Positions 36,883-49,981 of a DNA stretch of 64,000 nt are shown in pieces. Position numbers and translations under genes: made by a program. The first letter of the stretch is position 1. The number at the start of each line of letters is the position of its first letter. Origin of the DNA: Fistulifera solaris (taxonomy: Eukaryota); the NCBI GenBank assembly GCA_030295235.1, contig AP026123.1:496001-560000 (forward strand), in the 5' to 3' direction. The notes below the pieces were generated by a model. That model saw nothing but the letters and a program-made list of their open reading frames with translations. It had not been told where the DNA came from and made no database searches.

Positions 36883-37364
36883 AATCATCATCACAATTGT
36901 TTCATTTGTCGCGATGCCTTTCACCAAAACAATACGTTGCCTTTGACCAATGTCGACTTCAATACCATCCTTTGTTTGTCCCATTATACTAAATGAAATT
37001 AATATACAGGTGTTTCTGCTTCGTTTTCTTTTTCACAGCGGCTGAAGCAACAATCCACCGTCAAACATCTTCTTTAAGTGTCACTTGTGGTCTATTCCCT
37101 CTTTATTTTTATAAAAGCAGCACTTTTCAAGAGGACTTACGTAGCGTTCGATAATCACTCACTTTTTGTTGTGCGGATCATCATCACGACGGTAAAACTT
37201 TTCCGCCAATCATTTCACGACTCAACACTGAAGCGCAGTCGTGGCAAAAATTCGTTCCGTCGCGCACTTTTTGTTTTTTTTCTTCTTCCATTGCAGCGAA
37301 AAGAGAACAAACATCGTCGCCAAGCACCTATAAGTCTGCAGATCATCTAAAAAAGAGCGTAAAT

Positions 37365-38107
37365 ATGAGTGACAGAGACGGTGCAGAGTGGAGGAAACCA
37401 GTGATCGTTGGAGAAGATGTCAAGCCGTTCAGAAAGGAGGAGGTACGTCCATGAAACGTCAGTTGCATCGCCTTAATCATTCTACTTCTGCGCTTACGAG
37501 TCCGAATTCTCATGTGCAGCACATCTATCCACCCGAATACGAAGGGCATTTTGATGGAGTGATGATAACTTGTGCGGAAATTCATGAGCGTATTCAACAG
37601 CTTGCGTCGTTGATACACACCGACTACAAGGGCATTCGTCCGGTCTTGGTGTGTACACTGAAGGGCGCATCGCCTTTCTACATTCATTTATCGGATGCAT
37701 TGAAAGAGATTAGGCAAGGGTTTGATATGGAGTTTGTTCGAGCGTCTAGTTATGAAGGAACGACAACCAGTGGTCAGGTTGAATTTGTTGGCGAGTTGAA
37801 GATGAGTTCGTTGCAAGGAAGACACATTCTATTGATTGAAGATATTGTTGATACTTGGACCACGCTCAGTGCTCTCATTCCCATGCTCCAAGAGCAGGGA
37901 AAGCCAGCGAGTGTTGAAGTGTGTTCGTTGTTGGATAAGCGTCTAGAGGTGAAAAAGTACGAGGCCAAATATGTCGGTTTCTCGATCCCCAATAAATTTG
38001 TGATTGGGTATGGACTGGATTACGAAGAATTGTATCGTGATCTCAAAGATATCTTTGTTATTTCTCAACTAGGTATCAGTTTTGATGCCAGTACGTTACA
38101 CAAGTAA
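37365..38107 (+). CDS. HPRT: Hypoxanthine-guanine phosphoribosyltransferase
   Basis: Exon 1 37365-37442 (26 aa), in-frame GT-AG intron 37443-37519. Motifs LVCTLKGA, FVRASSY, LLIEDIVDT, SLLDKR, FVIGYGLDYEELYRDL. Confidence 0.92.
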
Positions 38108-38208
38108 TCATGAGATGCATTGTAAATTACGAAGCGAAGCGTAGCGACATAATAGTCAACTCCTATTGTGCATTATTTGATACTTAAATTTGACTAAGTT
38201 TTACAGTT

Positions 38209-39088
38209 TTACGTCTCCATTGCTTCCGATTCCTTCTCTTCTTCGCCCTCCTGGTCATCATTGTCAGCTTTCTGTTCAAGTTGATCGATGTAGGGTTTCA
38301 AAGCATCTCCTTCAATGAGCGTGAAGCTCTGATCCTTTCCGACAATAGCAATGCTGCCATTGTCAACCGTAAGCTCATCGTCACCGCTTACACAACCAGC
38401 CAAGGCTTGTAGAGCATGCACAATCAGCTGATCGGTCGAACATGTCGCGAATGTTTCGTAATGTTTCTCCAAATACGTTCGCGCCGATTGACTACGAGCC
38501 CCAATCGCACTCGCGTAAAACTCGTAGAGATTTCCGCTGGGGCATGTCTGATAGAGATGAGGAACACCACGACTGTCCACACTGGAAATCAAAAGACCTA
38601 CACCAAAGGGTCGACGGACGTAAATCTGTGTTGTTCGCTGGTGTTTGTCGGCGAGATCCGCCATCAATTGATGCGGCGGAATGGGTGTACCGTAGACATA
38701 TTTGTGATTAAGGCATTCTGTCTGCATGTACTTTGCTAGGGATCGAGCATCGGCAGTGAGGCCCGCGATACCACACGCAATGTGATCGTCTATTTCCAAC
38801 AATTTCTTTTGGTGACTCGAGAGCTCCGAGACGGACCTTTTCAAGGCTCCCAATACGCATGTTGTATCACTACGTAGCCCTACGCAAGCGGAGCCTTGTT
38901 TCACAGATTCCATGGCGTATTCGACCTATTATATATCGAGTTAGAACAGTGCAAATAGGCTGCATGATAGCACTAACGAGTAAATAATATGAAATGAAGG
39001 GGCAGAAGCTACAACTCAAACTCACCTGAAGTAGGCGGCCTTCCGGACTCCAGACTGTTACATCGGTATCATATTGATTGCGAAACAT
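38209..39088 (-). CDS. PSMA1: 20S proteasome subunit alpha type-1 (alpha6)
   Basis: MFRNQYDTDVTVWSPEGRLLQ|VEYAMESVKQGSACVGLRS, AIGARSQSARTYLE. Intron 38926-39025. Confidence 0.96.
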
Positions 39089-39611
39089 TCTTTCAATGTG
39101 AATTGGCTATTAAAATTGTTTAGCAAACAGGAAATACAATCTAAACTGTGCATGATGAAGCGGATGATTTGTCGTCTGCTCCGCATGTCGCAAAGATCCT
39201 CGCGGATCGTTGTCCTTCGTCCACGTGTGGACGTACGTACGATAGACTTCAGACTGTACACAATTGTATTGCGAATACCGTATGGAAGTTTTACGGTTAA
39301 TTTCATCTAAACGATTGGCGCCTTGCATGTTAAACAAACTTAAATCATCATAGCTCTAAGCTCGCACGGAATTCGTTTAGGATTATTTCATTAACCATGT
39401 TCGGAAACGTATACTAATATTTCCCTCAACTTCTCAGAGGACGTATCACAATATAGCCGCAGTTATTTTTGTCACGCTCGTCGACCTTTCCCAAGGTTTA
39501 AGCATCATTTATTTTTTATTTTTATGTTGATTTTGTTGTTGGCTTTATCCTTGCTTCAGCTCTTCGATCACAAACCAAGCAAGCAACGACAGAAACAGAT
39601 TTATCTACGAA

Positions 39612-42600
39612 ATGGCTCCTCAACGTACGGATAGTCGCTTGTCCCTTCCACAACGCACGGATAGTCGTTTGTCCCTTCCACAACGCAACGAACGGCGCGA
39701 TAGCTCTGTCTCGCGTCGTCGCGATAGTTCCCTTCACGACGTCGTGATAGTCTGCCTTCGTCATGCGATTCTTCTACGGTTGTGACGGAGAAAAATGTGC
39801 GACTTCGTCAAGCTGCCAGGCGTCAGTCAATTGCCGAGTTCAAATTGCAAGCCAAAAAGCAACGCGATCTTATTCTTCGCAAAGAAAACGACCCTCCTTC
39901 CAATCCGTATTCACCTCCAATGACCCGTTCCGCGAAAAAGTCATCTCAAGTGATCGGCATTCCGCGATGCAGCAACGGATTAGTCTTGAACTTCTCACCT
40001 CCCAACCAGGAAGAGAATGAAGCTCGTGAACAACTTGAGAAAGAGCGCAAAGAAGCCGCAAGGTACGTCAGCCGTCGATTATGTGACAAACGTTATTCGT
40101 TGTTTGCAGCTCAATCATTCCGTTATGATCCAAATGATCAGAGCGATGAGAATCCGAAAGAGTCGTGATAGCGGTAACCTTCTGATCTATTCACCAAGTG
40201 GACGTCCGCTCTATCACCCCGCTGGCGTGGAAAATGAAATCGAAGATCAGGTCATGACCGACGTATCCCCTACAAAAAGCATTCCAGGTTTCCACAGCCG
40301 GGTCGATGACGAACTGAAAGGTCTTCTGGATGAAATGAAAGAGATAATGAAAAGTTCTACCAACTCCAATGTCGACGCCGTTCTTCAGCAACAATTTCAA
40401 AGAATGGAAGTTCTCACGAACGAGAAGGCCAAATTGGAATTCGAGAACAAGGATCTCAAAGATAAGTTGTCCTCCGTGTCCACTATCGAAGCCCAACTCC
40501 AAAATGAACGAGCCGAAAAGGAAAAGCTTCTTAGCGATAACGCAAGCTGCCAGTCTCAATGGGAGCAGAAATTTCGTGCAGTCGAAGAAGAGAAAAAAAG
40601 AGATCCAAGGTGCCATGCATGACCTCGAAAAACAGATAGCGGCTCTGAAAACAAAGAATGCTGATGCAGAAGAAAGACTCCATCAGCAGAATACAGTGTT
40701 CGAGGAAATGAAAGAGACTTTGGCCAAAGATAACGCTACAATGAGGCATCTCGTTGAGAAGATTGAAAAAGAGAAGGAAGCAGTTGAACAACGCGCGCTA
40801 CAGCTTGAGCAATCGATCCAAACGGTATCGAAGCGCGCTAGCGAAACGACGCAGCAGGTCGAAAGTTGCTTGGAAGAGAAAGAAGAAGCCCTCGTCCAGG
40901 CCAAGGCTGCACAACAAGAGCTGGAGAACGCTCTCGCCGCGTTAAGGCTTGAGTTAGAAACCACTTCTCACAAAGCAGTGGTTGACCGCGAGGCCTTCAT
41001 TAGCATGAATGAAGCAAATCAGCGTATTCAGAGTGACCTGGAGCAGTCTATTGCAGAGAAGGACAAGAAGATTGGGGAGCTGTTCAAGCAGCTGGGTGAG
41101 AAGCACTCGGAAGTGGAAAAGAGCGAGCTCTTTCTTCATCCATGGCAGGTGAAGTCGAGAAGCTTAAGGAAAACCTTCAATTTGAAACATCAAAGGCTCA
41201 TCAAGCTGAGAGTGAGCTCGAAGTACTGCAAAAAACGATGACAAAGTGCAACGAGGAACTTGAGTTACTCTCAGGACGTCAAGAAGAAATGGTCGCTACC
41301 AACGAACGGCTTGAAGAAGAAAAAGTTTGCTTTGGAAGAAGCGGTGAAAAAGCTGAAGGAGGTGGTCGAACAGCTATCTGCGCGTGTAACCGACTTAAGC
41401 GCTGCAAAGGAACTCCTGGAAAACGAAAAATTAGCTTTGCAGGAAGAACTTCAGCAGTCGGATACCTCATTGATTGAGGCAAAGAATGAAAACAAGAAGT
41501 ATGCCGAGTTGCAGAAAGTTACCAAGACTGAGTTGGAGCAGTCTCTTCTCGATGCCATTACTGCGAGAGATGAGATGGAACAGAAACTTGCCGATATCGA
41601 AAAAGGCTGGCGTCACAGCAGCAGAAACTTTCAGGTGCTCTTGGTCGCGTCGAAGACCTTGAATGCGCATTAAAGAACGCGTCCGATGAAAAGACATGAT
41701 GAAAAACCATATGGCCACCTTCAACGAACGAGAGGATGAGCTTCGAAAGAAGCTCTGGCACGCTGAAGGGGTTCGAAGAGCCATGCATGGTAAACTGATT
41801 CAGCTGATGGGTAACATTAGAGTCTTTGTCCGAGTGCGACCAGCAATTCAGGGCGAGCTCGGCGCATCCGCAAACACTGACGAAGAAACAAAGAAAGTAT
41901 CTCCCGGCGATAAACGAAAGAGATCAGAATCACAGTTGGCAGTAGCTGCCACTCCGTTTCACTTTCCTGGCGTGTTCAGTGATGCCTCTTCAGACGACAT
42001 GACCAAAAATAGAATCGAGGTCACCGAGCCTCCAAAAGATAGAGGTGGTCTTAAAGACCGGCGCAAAACCTGAGTTTTGCCTTCGACGGTGTCTTTCCCC
42101 CAGAAAGCAGTCAGAAAGAAGTCTGGGAAGCCACCGAGCCCCTCGTTCAATGCGCCGTTGATGGATACAATGTCACTGTGTTTGCTTATGGCCAGACGGG
42201 TAGTGGCAAAACTTACACGATGCTGGGAGAAGCGAAAAATGAAGGAATTATCGCGCGAGCGGTCGGGAAGCTTTTTGCTGCGAAGGACGAAATTGAGACC
42301 CTCAGTCTAGAAGAAACGGAAGTGAAAGTGTCTGTTGAGCTTCTTGAAATCTATAATGAGAAGGTTCGCGATCTTCTTGCTCCCCAGGGAAGCGACTTTC
42401 TCAAAGTGACTTCACAAGACGTAAGCGGCAATCTAGTTGTCGAGACCAGCTGCAAAGAACACGTCTTGAAGATCCTGCAACATGCACAAAGTCGGCGCTG
42501 CGTGAAAGAAACACTCTCGAACGCAGAGAGCTCAAGAAGTCATCTGATATTCACGATTCACTTCGATGTCAAAGGAAAGGATGGCTCTATTCGCAAGGGG

Positions 42601-43008
42601 AAACTAAACATCTGTGACTTAGCTGGCAGTGAACGGCTAAGTAAAAGCGGCGCACATGAACAAGGCGTAAGTTTTGAATGTTCATTCCTCATATCGGCAC
42701 ATGTAACTGACAGCACGTCTTAATTTCTACAGGGAGCATTACTAAAAGAGACCCAGCACATCAACAAAAGCTTGAGTACACTTTCCAACGTAATCGAACG
42801 ACTCCAGGCCGGGGACAATAACGTTCCATTCCGCGAGTCAAAGCTTACTCTCCTTCTTAAGGACAGCCTGAGTGGAAACTCAAAGACGTTAGCGATTGTT
42901 TGCTGCAACCCTTTATCAACACACATGAGCGAAAGTATTAGCAGTCTTCGCTTTGCATCGAAGGTTAATCGGGTCGATCTGAAAGCAGCGACAAATTTCT
43001 CCTGCTAA
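39612..43008 (+). CDS. Kinesin-14 (C-terminal motor, KIFC1/Ncd-like) with long coiled-coil stalk
   Basis: RRAMHGKLIQLMGNIRVFVRVRP neck, FAYGQTGSGKT, SSRSH, DLAGSER, INKSLSTL, VPFRESKLT. Introns 40063-40141 and 42667-42732; many frameshifts; start uncertain. Confidence 0.9.
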
Positions 43009-43115
43009 ATTAAAGATCCGATCATATCGCCATAGAAAAGAAAAGTACTAATGATGAGTCGAATCGTAATACTTATGTACGTTAGGACTCTGATGCCAAT
43101 CACAATAATTTTTTC

Positions 43116-44492
43116 TCACACTTGAAAGACTGTTGCTTTCTCATCCTCCCCTTCCTTGGACGACGGCAACATCATTTCGTACTTCAGCTCCAATTCATGC
43201 AGCCGTTTCCAGACTGCCGTGTTTTCTCGCTCTAACGCTTCCGCTCGATTCTCTAGTTGCTTGACAACACCGATCATCATATCGACGAGTGAAGGCGGCT
43301 TGGGCGCCAATTGCGGTGTTCGGCGGTGTGGATTCAATACTTGGAAGGAAAGGGGCGAAGGCCCATTAAAGCGGGGCCCAACTTTGGGTTGCGGCTTGGC
43401 CGTCTTGGTTTTCGCTCGACCGACTGCTGCGATGGGAACAGTTGGGGCATTAACGAGAGCCTCAGAAGTTTCCTTGGTAATAGGCTCGATGGAAGGATTA
43501 GCTTTTGCAATCGGACTCGGTACTTCGAAAACTGAATTAGCGTCAACAGCCCCTTGATTGTGATTCTTTGGCTCGGTGTCCGGTTCATCTAGGAAAGGGA
43601 GTTGTGGAACTGCATCTATACCACAAGGAGAGTGCTGTTCCAAAGGCGTCGTCTTATCGGCCCATGTCACCGTCTGTTTTGTGTTGTTCAACGATGCCGC
43701 CGCAAACGCCCCGTTTGGTGCACTCTCCGGAACGGTTTCGGGAGAAACGTAGACACTAGATGAAATCGCGCGGAGAATCGTCGATGCCGTCGGAGAGCCA
43801 CTTTCGTGTCCTAAACTCGGTGGTATCGCGTACGACTCAAAGTCTTGCCACGGAAAGATATCTTTGACGAAGGCTTGATGATGATTGGCTTCAAGCGGTG
43901 TTGGGTGGGTCGGAGCCGGTGTTCCGAGTATATGAAATCCCGGGGATCGGAAGGTCGACGTGGATACGCTGGGTCCCAGACCGGCCGGTCGTAACGGGTT
44001 CTCATCCATGTAAGCTTGTAAGAGCAAGTCTTCTCCGTCGAGTGTGATTTCCTGTTCTTCACGGGGACTGAGCTGTGCATTATTTTTAGCCTTTCGTTTG
44101 GTTTTCGAGGGAGTGCCGCCCGTCACTACCTTTCGCTTGCGAGAAGAATCATTTTCTTTGTCATTTGTTCTGAATGAATCCAATTCTCTCTTGAGTTTGG
44201 CGATAATCTTCGCCTTGTCTAATTCCGGAATTAATTCTCCTAAAGGAGTCTTCGTGTAAGCTTGGAAGTGATTGCGAACAAACTCGGGGTAGACTTGTTC
44301 TTGCAGCAACGTGCTTTTGTGCTTGGTAATTACATACTTTGGAAACCATCCAAAAAGCCACTCTTGCACCTTTTTACTACAGTTTCCTTTGCATCCGCGA
44401 CGACCAATGATGAGATCGTATTGTTCCAAGTCTTTGTGTATTGTGGGCAAAAGAGCGTCCGCTGGGACGGCGGGTAGGCTTGCGGGGTCCAT
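43116..44492 (-). CDS. Hypothetical protein (small N-terminal domain, NLS-like segment, Pro-rich middle, C-terminal coiled coil)
   Basis: Uninterrupted 458-aa ATG ORF; SRKRKV and KTKRKAK basic motifs; coiled coil near the C-terminus. Confidence 0.65.
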   Translation of the reverse strand: MDPASLPAVPADALLPTIHKDLEQYDLIIGRRGCKGNCSKKVQEWLFGWFPKYVITKHKSTLLQEQVYPEFVRNHFQAYTKTPLGELIPELDKAKIIAKLKRELDSFRTNDKENDSSRKRKVVTGGTPSKTKRKAKNNAQLSPREEQEITLDGEDLLLQAYMDENPLRPAGLGPSVSTSTFRSPGFHILGTPAPTHPTPLEANHHQAFVKDIFPWQDFESYAIPPSLGHESGSPTASTILRAISSSVYVSPETVPESAPNGAFAAASLNNTKQTVTWADKTTPLEQHSPCGIDAVPQLPFLDEPDTEPKNHNQGAVDANSVFEVPSPIAKANPSIEPITKETSEALVNAPTVPIAAVGRAKTKTAKPQPKVGPRFNGPSPLSFQVLNPHRRTPQLAPKPPSLVDMMIGVVKQLENRAEALERENTAVWKRLHELELKYEMMLPSSKEGEDEKATVFQV

Positions 44493-45257
44493 TGTTGCGT
44501 TCTAGCTGAGTCTGGTCGATTTTTACTCAAGGAAAAGACGTAGTGAAACAAAGCGGTCGAGAATTTTTGATAATAATCGCAGCTTGATTTCGGAAGAAAA
44601 TGAAGCAACGATATTTTTCGAACTGACGATCTGTTCTGCGTTCCGCGCAAGGTGAGCCTTTGCTATTGTATCACTGTTTCTCTTTAGTAAATAGAATGAA
44701 TATAATAGAAATCAAACACTGAATGGAAGAAGATGCAATTCGGATGAGATGCATGCCTTTTTGTTGCTTCTGAAGGTGAAAACGACGTGCATCATTGTGC
44801 GTTTTATTCTGTGCACTTTGGAAGAAAGTATGGCTAAAGGGATCTCGAGGACAAATTGTACTATGATTTGGTACAGTGGTACGACGCGGTTGCTTGTTGA
44901 CATCTTCGATCTGGAGTACCGGATGCACAGATTCAGTTGAGTCGTGATGTCGTAGGTCGTGGATTGTAATTCGCTCTATACATTTGTGTAGACGACTTTT
45001 TTTTACGGAAGCTGGGCATCTTCAAAAACAAAAATGACCCTAAAAACGGCGACGAGACGGCAACGCGAAGGAGGACGAGTGTCAATCTCATTCCTTATTG
45101 TTATGCATCATTCAAGCCATCTTGTGAGACTAAGAAGTTGCTTGGTTTAATCTTTTAGTCAGCAATCTCCGCAAGAGCAAGCCGCAAGCCAGAGCGTCGC
45201 GAGTAACGATCTAGTTCATAAGCACGGTCGGGGTGCAGTTTTAGTTCATCGTGAATC

Positions 45258-47378
45258 ATGTCCGACGACGAAGCCAACGAAAAATTGGTCGCTCCTGCGG
45301 ATTTTGACGGTCCCACCAGCACTCGACATTGCACGGATGTCTTTTGTTTGCTCATTCTGATTGCCGCATGGGTGGTAATGACGGGTGTCGGACTCTATGC
45401 CGTAGGAGAAGGAGATTACCGACTCGTGTTGTATCCTTTAGATTACGATGGGAACATTTGCGGAACCGGTGCGTGCATGTTTGTAGCTGAAATGCAGTCA
45501 AAAGGCTCTATTTGACTTACTTGCTAATATTGTACTCTTTGTTTTGTAGACTTCAAAAATGACATGACGGCGTATCCGAATTTGCTCTATGTCAACTCCT
45601 TTTCCGGCGGAGTTTGTGTCGATGCATGTCCCGACTTGACCAACAAGACACAAGACGGTGTCTCGGATGTTCATACTTTAATTACGTACGATGGTGTCTG
45701 GCAACCGTCGTCGGGAGGGGCCCAACTTCCTTTGGATTATGTCAAAGTGGCCGATTATTCGAATGCGTCCGATGTCATGTCCTGCACGGATGCGACCTGT
45801 TGGGATACGGAAGCGTATACGAGTCCTTACAGTCCAGGGGTCCGTCTCGGGTACGGTTATGCTTTCTATGCTGGAACCACGTACGGTGTTCTGGGACGAT
45901 GTTACATGACAACGGCCGCACTCGATCGCATCGAAGAACAGCTGAACTTTGAAGTCGCTTCCGCGACGGAAGCGGCGTCAGATCTGATGGGAATTGGTGC
46001 TGTCGAAGACGCTTACGCGTTCTGGAATCGTGTGTTTGCGGATTTGTGGACGGCACGAGTTTATGTTCTAGGTTTTGGGTTCGGCGTCTCGTTGATCGTT
46101 AGTTCACTGTATATTTTCATGCTGCGTCTGCCGTTTTTACTCAATACCGTCGTTTGGGGGTCCATTTTCCTAACAATTGGCATGTTCTTCTTTGGTGGTT
46201 ACTACGCATGGAATGTGGCTACCGATTGGGATGAAGCGGAACCCCAAACCGTGGAAGATACTACGATCACAGCAACCACGGGTGCTGCTATTGCGTTGTG
46301 GGTAGTGGGCGCACTATTAGTCGTGCTGACGTGCTGCATGCGCAAGGCGATTCAGGTGGCCTTACTTTGTGTCAAACAAGCAGGAAGGGCCGTCAACAAC
46401 ATGATTCTCATTTTGACGGTTCCATTTCTTCAAGCGGCCGCATTGGTCGCTTTCTTTGTCGTCTGGTCTATCTATTCGGTGCACTTGGCGAGTCTCGGAG
46501 AAATCGTGACGAAAGAAGTGGCGCTAGACCCTAGCACACTGACAGGACAGGATCTTCCCGAAATGGATCAGGGCCTTATCCAACCAGTGCACTATCGCGT
46601 TTTTCTCTTCGACGAATTTGTAACGCGATGCTCGTACTACCTGTTATTCTGTCTCTTCTGGACAGCAAATTTCATTGTTGCCGTCGGTGACATGATTGTT
46701 GCCGTCGCAGTCGCTAAATGGTTCTTCGCGCGGAATAAAATGACAGTGGGAAGCTGGACTGTCATTAGTAGCGTGCGAGAGACGGTCACGTATCATCTTG
46801 GGACATGCGCCTATGGTTCTCTCTTGGTTGCCATCGTGCAATTCATCCGCTACATCATCGCAAAGCTTCAAAAGAAAGCAAAGGAAACACAAAACAAGAT
46901 TGCCGAATACATACTTTGTTGCTGCCAGTGCTGCTTCTGGTGCCTCGAACGATGCTTGAAGTTCATCAACAAAAATGCTTATATTCAGACGGCGATTTTC
47001 TCTACCAGCTTTTGCAAGAGTTGCCGAGCTTCCTTTTTTCTCATCTTCCGGAATGCTGCTCGAGTAGGTGCTGTTACCTATGTGTCGTCTGCAGTCCTCA
47101 TCATTGGGAAACTGTTTATCAGCGCGGTGACGACAGGTTTTGCGTACATTGCCATTACCGAAAGACTCAACGATGAGCTGTTTTCAGTGGGTGGACCCGT
47201 TACGATTACTTTCTTGATTGCGTACTGGATGTCCGATTTTTTCATGGGTGTCTTTGACATGGCGATCTCAACGGTTTTACATTGCTTTATCGCCGACGAA
47301 GAAATGTTCGGGGGCAACGGAAGCTACGCCGATCAACATTTAAAAGACTATGTGGACAAACATGGCGCACAAAGATAA
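45258..47378 (+). CDS. Choline transporter-like protein (CTL/SLC44)
   Basis: FDGPTSTRHCTDVFCL, YPLDYDGNICG, YHLGTCAYGSL, CLKFINKNAYIQTAI, TVLHCFIADEE. Intron 45469-45549. Confidence 0.93.
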
Positions 47379-47477
47379 CCGATTGTGGCAAAGTGCTTAC
47401 CTTAAATGTTAGTGTTGATACTTTATGTTTACATTTATTAGCAGTGTATAGGATCTGTTCATTCATATAATAAATTT

Positions 47478-48788
47478 TCAGGCCACTGTCATCTCTGATT
47501 CGGTTTCTACTTTTGGTCGCTTTGCTATCGGGCTTTCTTGCTTAACCTTGTCAATCGTATCACCACCGGGCTTTTCGTTTTCATGATCGAGAAAGTACGA
47601 GTCCAAGTATTTGTGAGGATCCGATTGTTCTTTGGAAGATCGACATAAGTCCGTAGCCGACTCATCGAAGCCCCACAGCTTGCAAATGGCATCCATACTA
47701 TGACAGTTACATACTTTGGCCACCGTTTGTCCCCCAGAATATACTTGAGATAGATATGGTGTGCGTGGTACGGGAGCTCGTCGATTGCTCATAAACTCAC
47801 ATACAACGTATTTTGTGTTTTTGTAATGGACGCCGTAACGCACGACTTCGCGCAAGTAGTCCAGCACCACCTTGGTCTTGTCCAGCAACAATATCGATTG
47901 GTAACCAAACTCTTGCGTTGCTTGTGAGTCCGTTTTCTCTGGTTTCCGGAAGATGCTTGTATTGTAAAGAGCGGGTCGAGCTAGCAACACTCCGTCGGCT
48001 CCAGTGGTCCGTCGAAATTCGTCGAATTCGTCACGCGTATAAAAATCACCATTGACGAGAATGGGTATGTATGGATATTTCTGCTTGAATGCAATAACAA
48101 CCTTACGAAGACTGTCCCAATCGGCAGGATTTTCGGGGATATCATGTCGCTGTCGACCATGGACTGCCACGGCATTCGCCCCGGCTTCGATCAGGCCTGA
48201 CAAAAAGTCGATTGTGCTGTCTACGTCACTCAACAATCTGATTTTGGCGGAAACAGGAAGCCCTTTCGGGTGCATTACGTCACAGACAGCTCGCACCACC
48301 GCACAGGCTCGTTTCTTATCGGAAAGAAGTGCCGATCCCATCCCTCCCGAAACCGAGAACTTTTTGGGACAACCCATATTAATATCGATGGCGTCGACAT
48401 CTTGATACACCTTCAATGCCGCCTCCGATGCCAGCTCTGGCTCGCCACTGCCGATTTGACAGACTAATTTTCCTCTTTCGACTTTGGGGTCAATGCGGAG
48501 CAGTAACGGAGGCACATCCCCATTTAAAATTTGTTTGCGTTTCTTTTCCGAAAACTTGGCGAGATCTTTGTTATAATCCACCGTCCCCATTTCCTCATTG
48601 ACAAATCTCGTACTTTCAATCAGACTTCGATCCACGAGTTCTTCTGTGTAAACAAAATCCGCTCCGTAGTGGAGGGCCAGTATGCGTAACGGCGTCGTCG
48701 ATGCACGCACCATGGGTGCCAGAGCTTCTCCTCGGTACAGCCGATTTGCCTTTTCTTGAATCGATAGCTCGAATGAGGGATCAGCCAT
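47478..48788 (-). CDS. DUS2: tRNA-dihydrouridine(20) synthase, DUS2/Smm1-like
   Basis: LAPMVR...PLRILALHYGADFVYTEELVD, QIGS, IDINMGCPKKFSVSGGMGSALL, SAKIR, AVHGR, NGD, NTKY. Confidence 0.9.
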   Translation of the reverse strand: MADPSFELSIQEKANRLYRGEALAPMVRASTTPLRILALHYGADFVYTEELVDRSLIESTRFVNEEMGTVDYNKDLAKFSEKKRKQILNGDVPPLLLRIDPKVERGKLVCQIGSGEPELASEAALKVYQDVDAIDINMGCPKKFSVSGGMGSALLSDKKRACAVVRAVCDVMHPKGLPVSAKIRLLSDVDSTIDFLSGLIEAGANAVAVHGRQRHDIPENPADWDSLRKVVIAFKQKYPYIPILVNGDFYTRDEFDEFRRTTGADGVLLARPALYNTSIFRKPEKTDSQATQEFGYQSILLLDKTKVVLDYLREVVRYGVHYKNTKYVVCEFMSNRRAPVPRTPYLSQVYSGGQTVAKVCNCHSMDAICKLWGFDESATDLCRSSKEQSDPHKYLDSYFLDHENEKPGGDTIDKVKQESPIAKRPKVETESEMTVA

Positions 48789-48879
48789 GATTGTATAGTC
48801 GAGGAATGCGTGATGAAAATATCAGGAAAGTACAAGGTACATGTAATCAATCGCAAATCATTCTCTGGAATGAAAAATG

Positions 48880-49640
48880 GTTGGTGCGAAAAAGCACAAT
48901 ATCCGGGTATCCCTACAGAGATAAATTTCCTACGACGGCTACGTAGTATGCGCGTAGACACTGGAAGCGTTTTATGTTTCTACTGTTTCATGTTTCACAA
49001 TCCAATCAAGGTCGATGATTGATTGTTTCATGGCTCGTATGAATCATGTTGGGTCAAGTATAGTTGATTTGACATTGGTGGCCAAAAGACGCGTAATAAA
49101 ATGGTGTGATCAAAATTAAACAATATCCGGGTTTCCCCTCTGTCGATAAATTTCCCTACGAGAGCTACGTGAAATCACGTAGACGTTCGAAGCGTTGCAT
49201 CATTCGCTCTATCAACGTTTTGTTTTCAAGTCGGTGGCAGTTGTTGTCTTCCAATACGAAGCAAATACGGTGCGCAACAAAACGTTGACATCTGTGCACT
49301 GGAAACCCAAGAATTGGACGATGGTGAAAAAGGCAATTTCCGGGTTCCCCTACAGAGATAAATAATTTCCTACGACGGCTACGTAACATAGGCGTAGACA
49401 CTGGAAGCGTTTTATCTTTCTACTGTTTCAAGTTTTACTATCTATCCAATCAAGGTCGATGATTGATTGTTTCATGGCTCGTATGAATCATGTTGGGTTA
49501 AGTATAGTGTATTTGACGATGGTGATCAAAAGACGCGTAAAATGGTGTGATCGAAATTAAACAATATCCGGGTTGCCCATCTGTCGATAAATTTCCATAC
49601 GAGAGCAACGTGAAATCACGTAGACGTTCGAATCGTTGCA
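48880..49640. repeat. Tandem repeat: ~440-bp unit duplicated, each made of two diverged ~220-bp halves
   Basis: Core (a)tatccgggtt.ccc.ct(g/ac)...gataaatttcc.tacga(ga/cg)gctacgt at ~48899, 49122, 49336, 49563; cgtagacactggaagcgtttta...ccaatcaaggtcgatgattgattgtttcatggctcg present twice. Confidence 0.85.
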
Positions 49641-49981
49641 CCTTGAGTCTTTTATGCACTTGAGTTCCAAATCATTCCTCTTTTGACTAGATGATACAAG
49701 AGATATAGAATGGTAAAAGTTAAACTACATTGTTTGTGGCAAAATCACCTTAGGCGAAATAATAACTTTTTTCCTACACCGGACTAAGGTTTTAGACTTT
49801 AGTACTGTAGCGGTTTGAGTAGGAATGATGTTCGCCCATGAGTAAGGTTTACTGTATGTTATTTGTAAATGGTTCGCCTGTCGCCTCGAAGAATTCCATC
49901 GGCTTCGATCGGACGGAATTCCGTGTCGGTTGGAAGGTGGTTGCTCGGAAACCGATTGTAAAACAGGCTCAAAAAGACACA

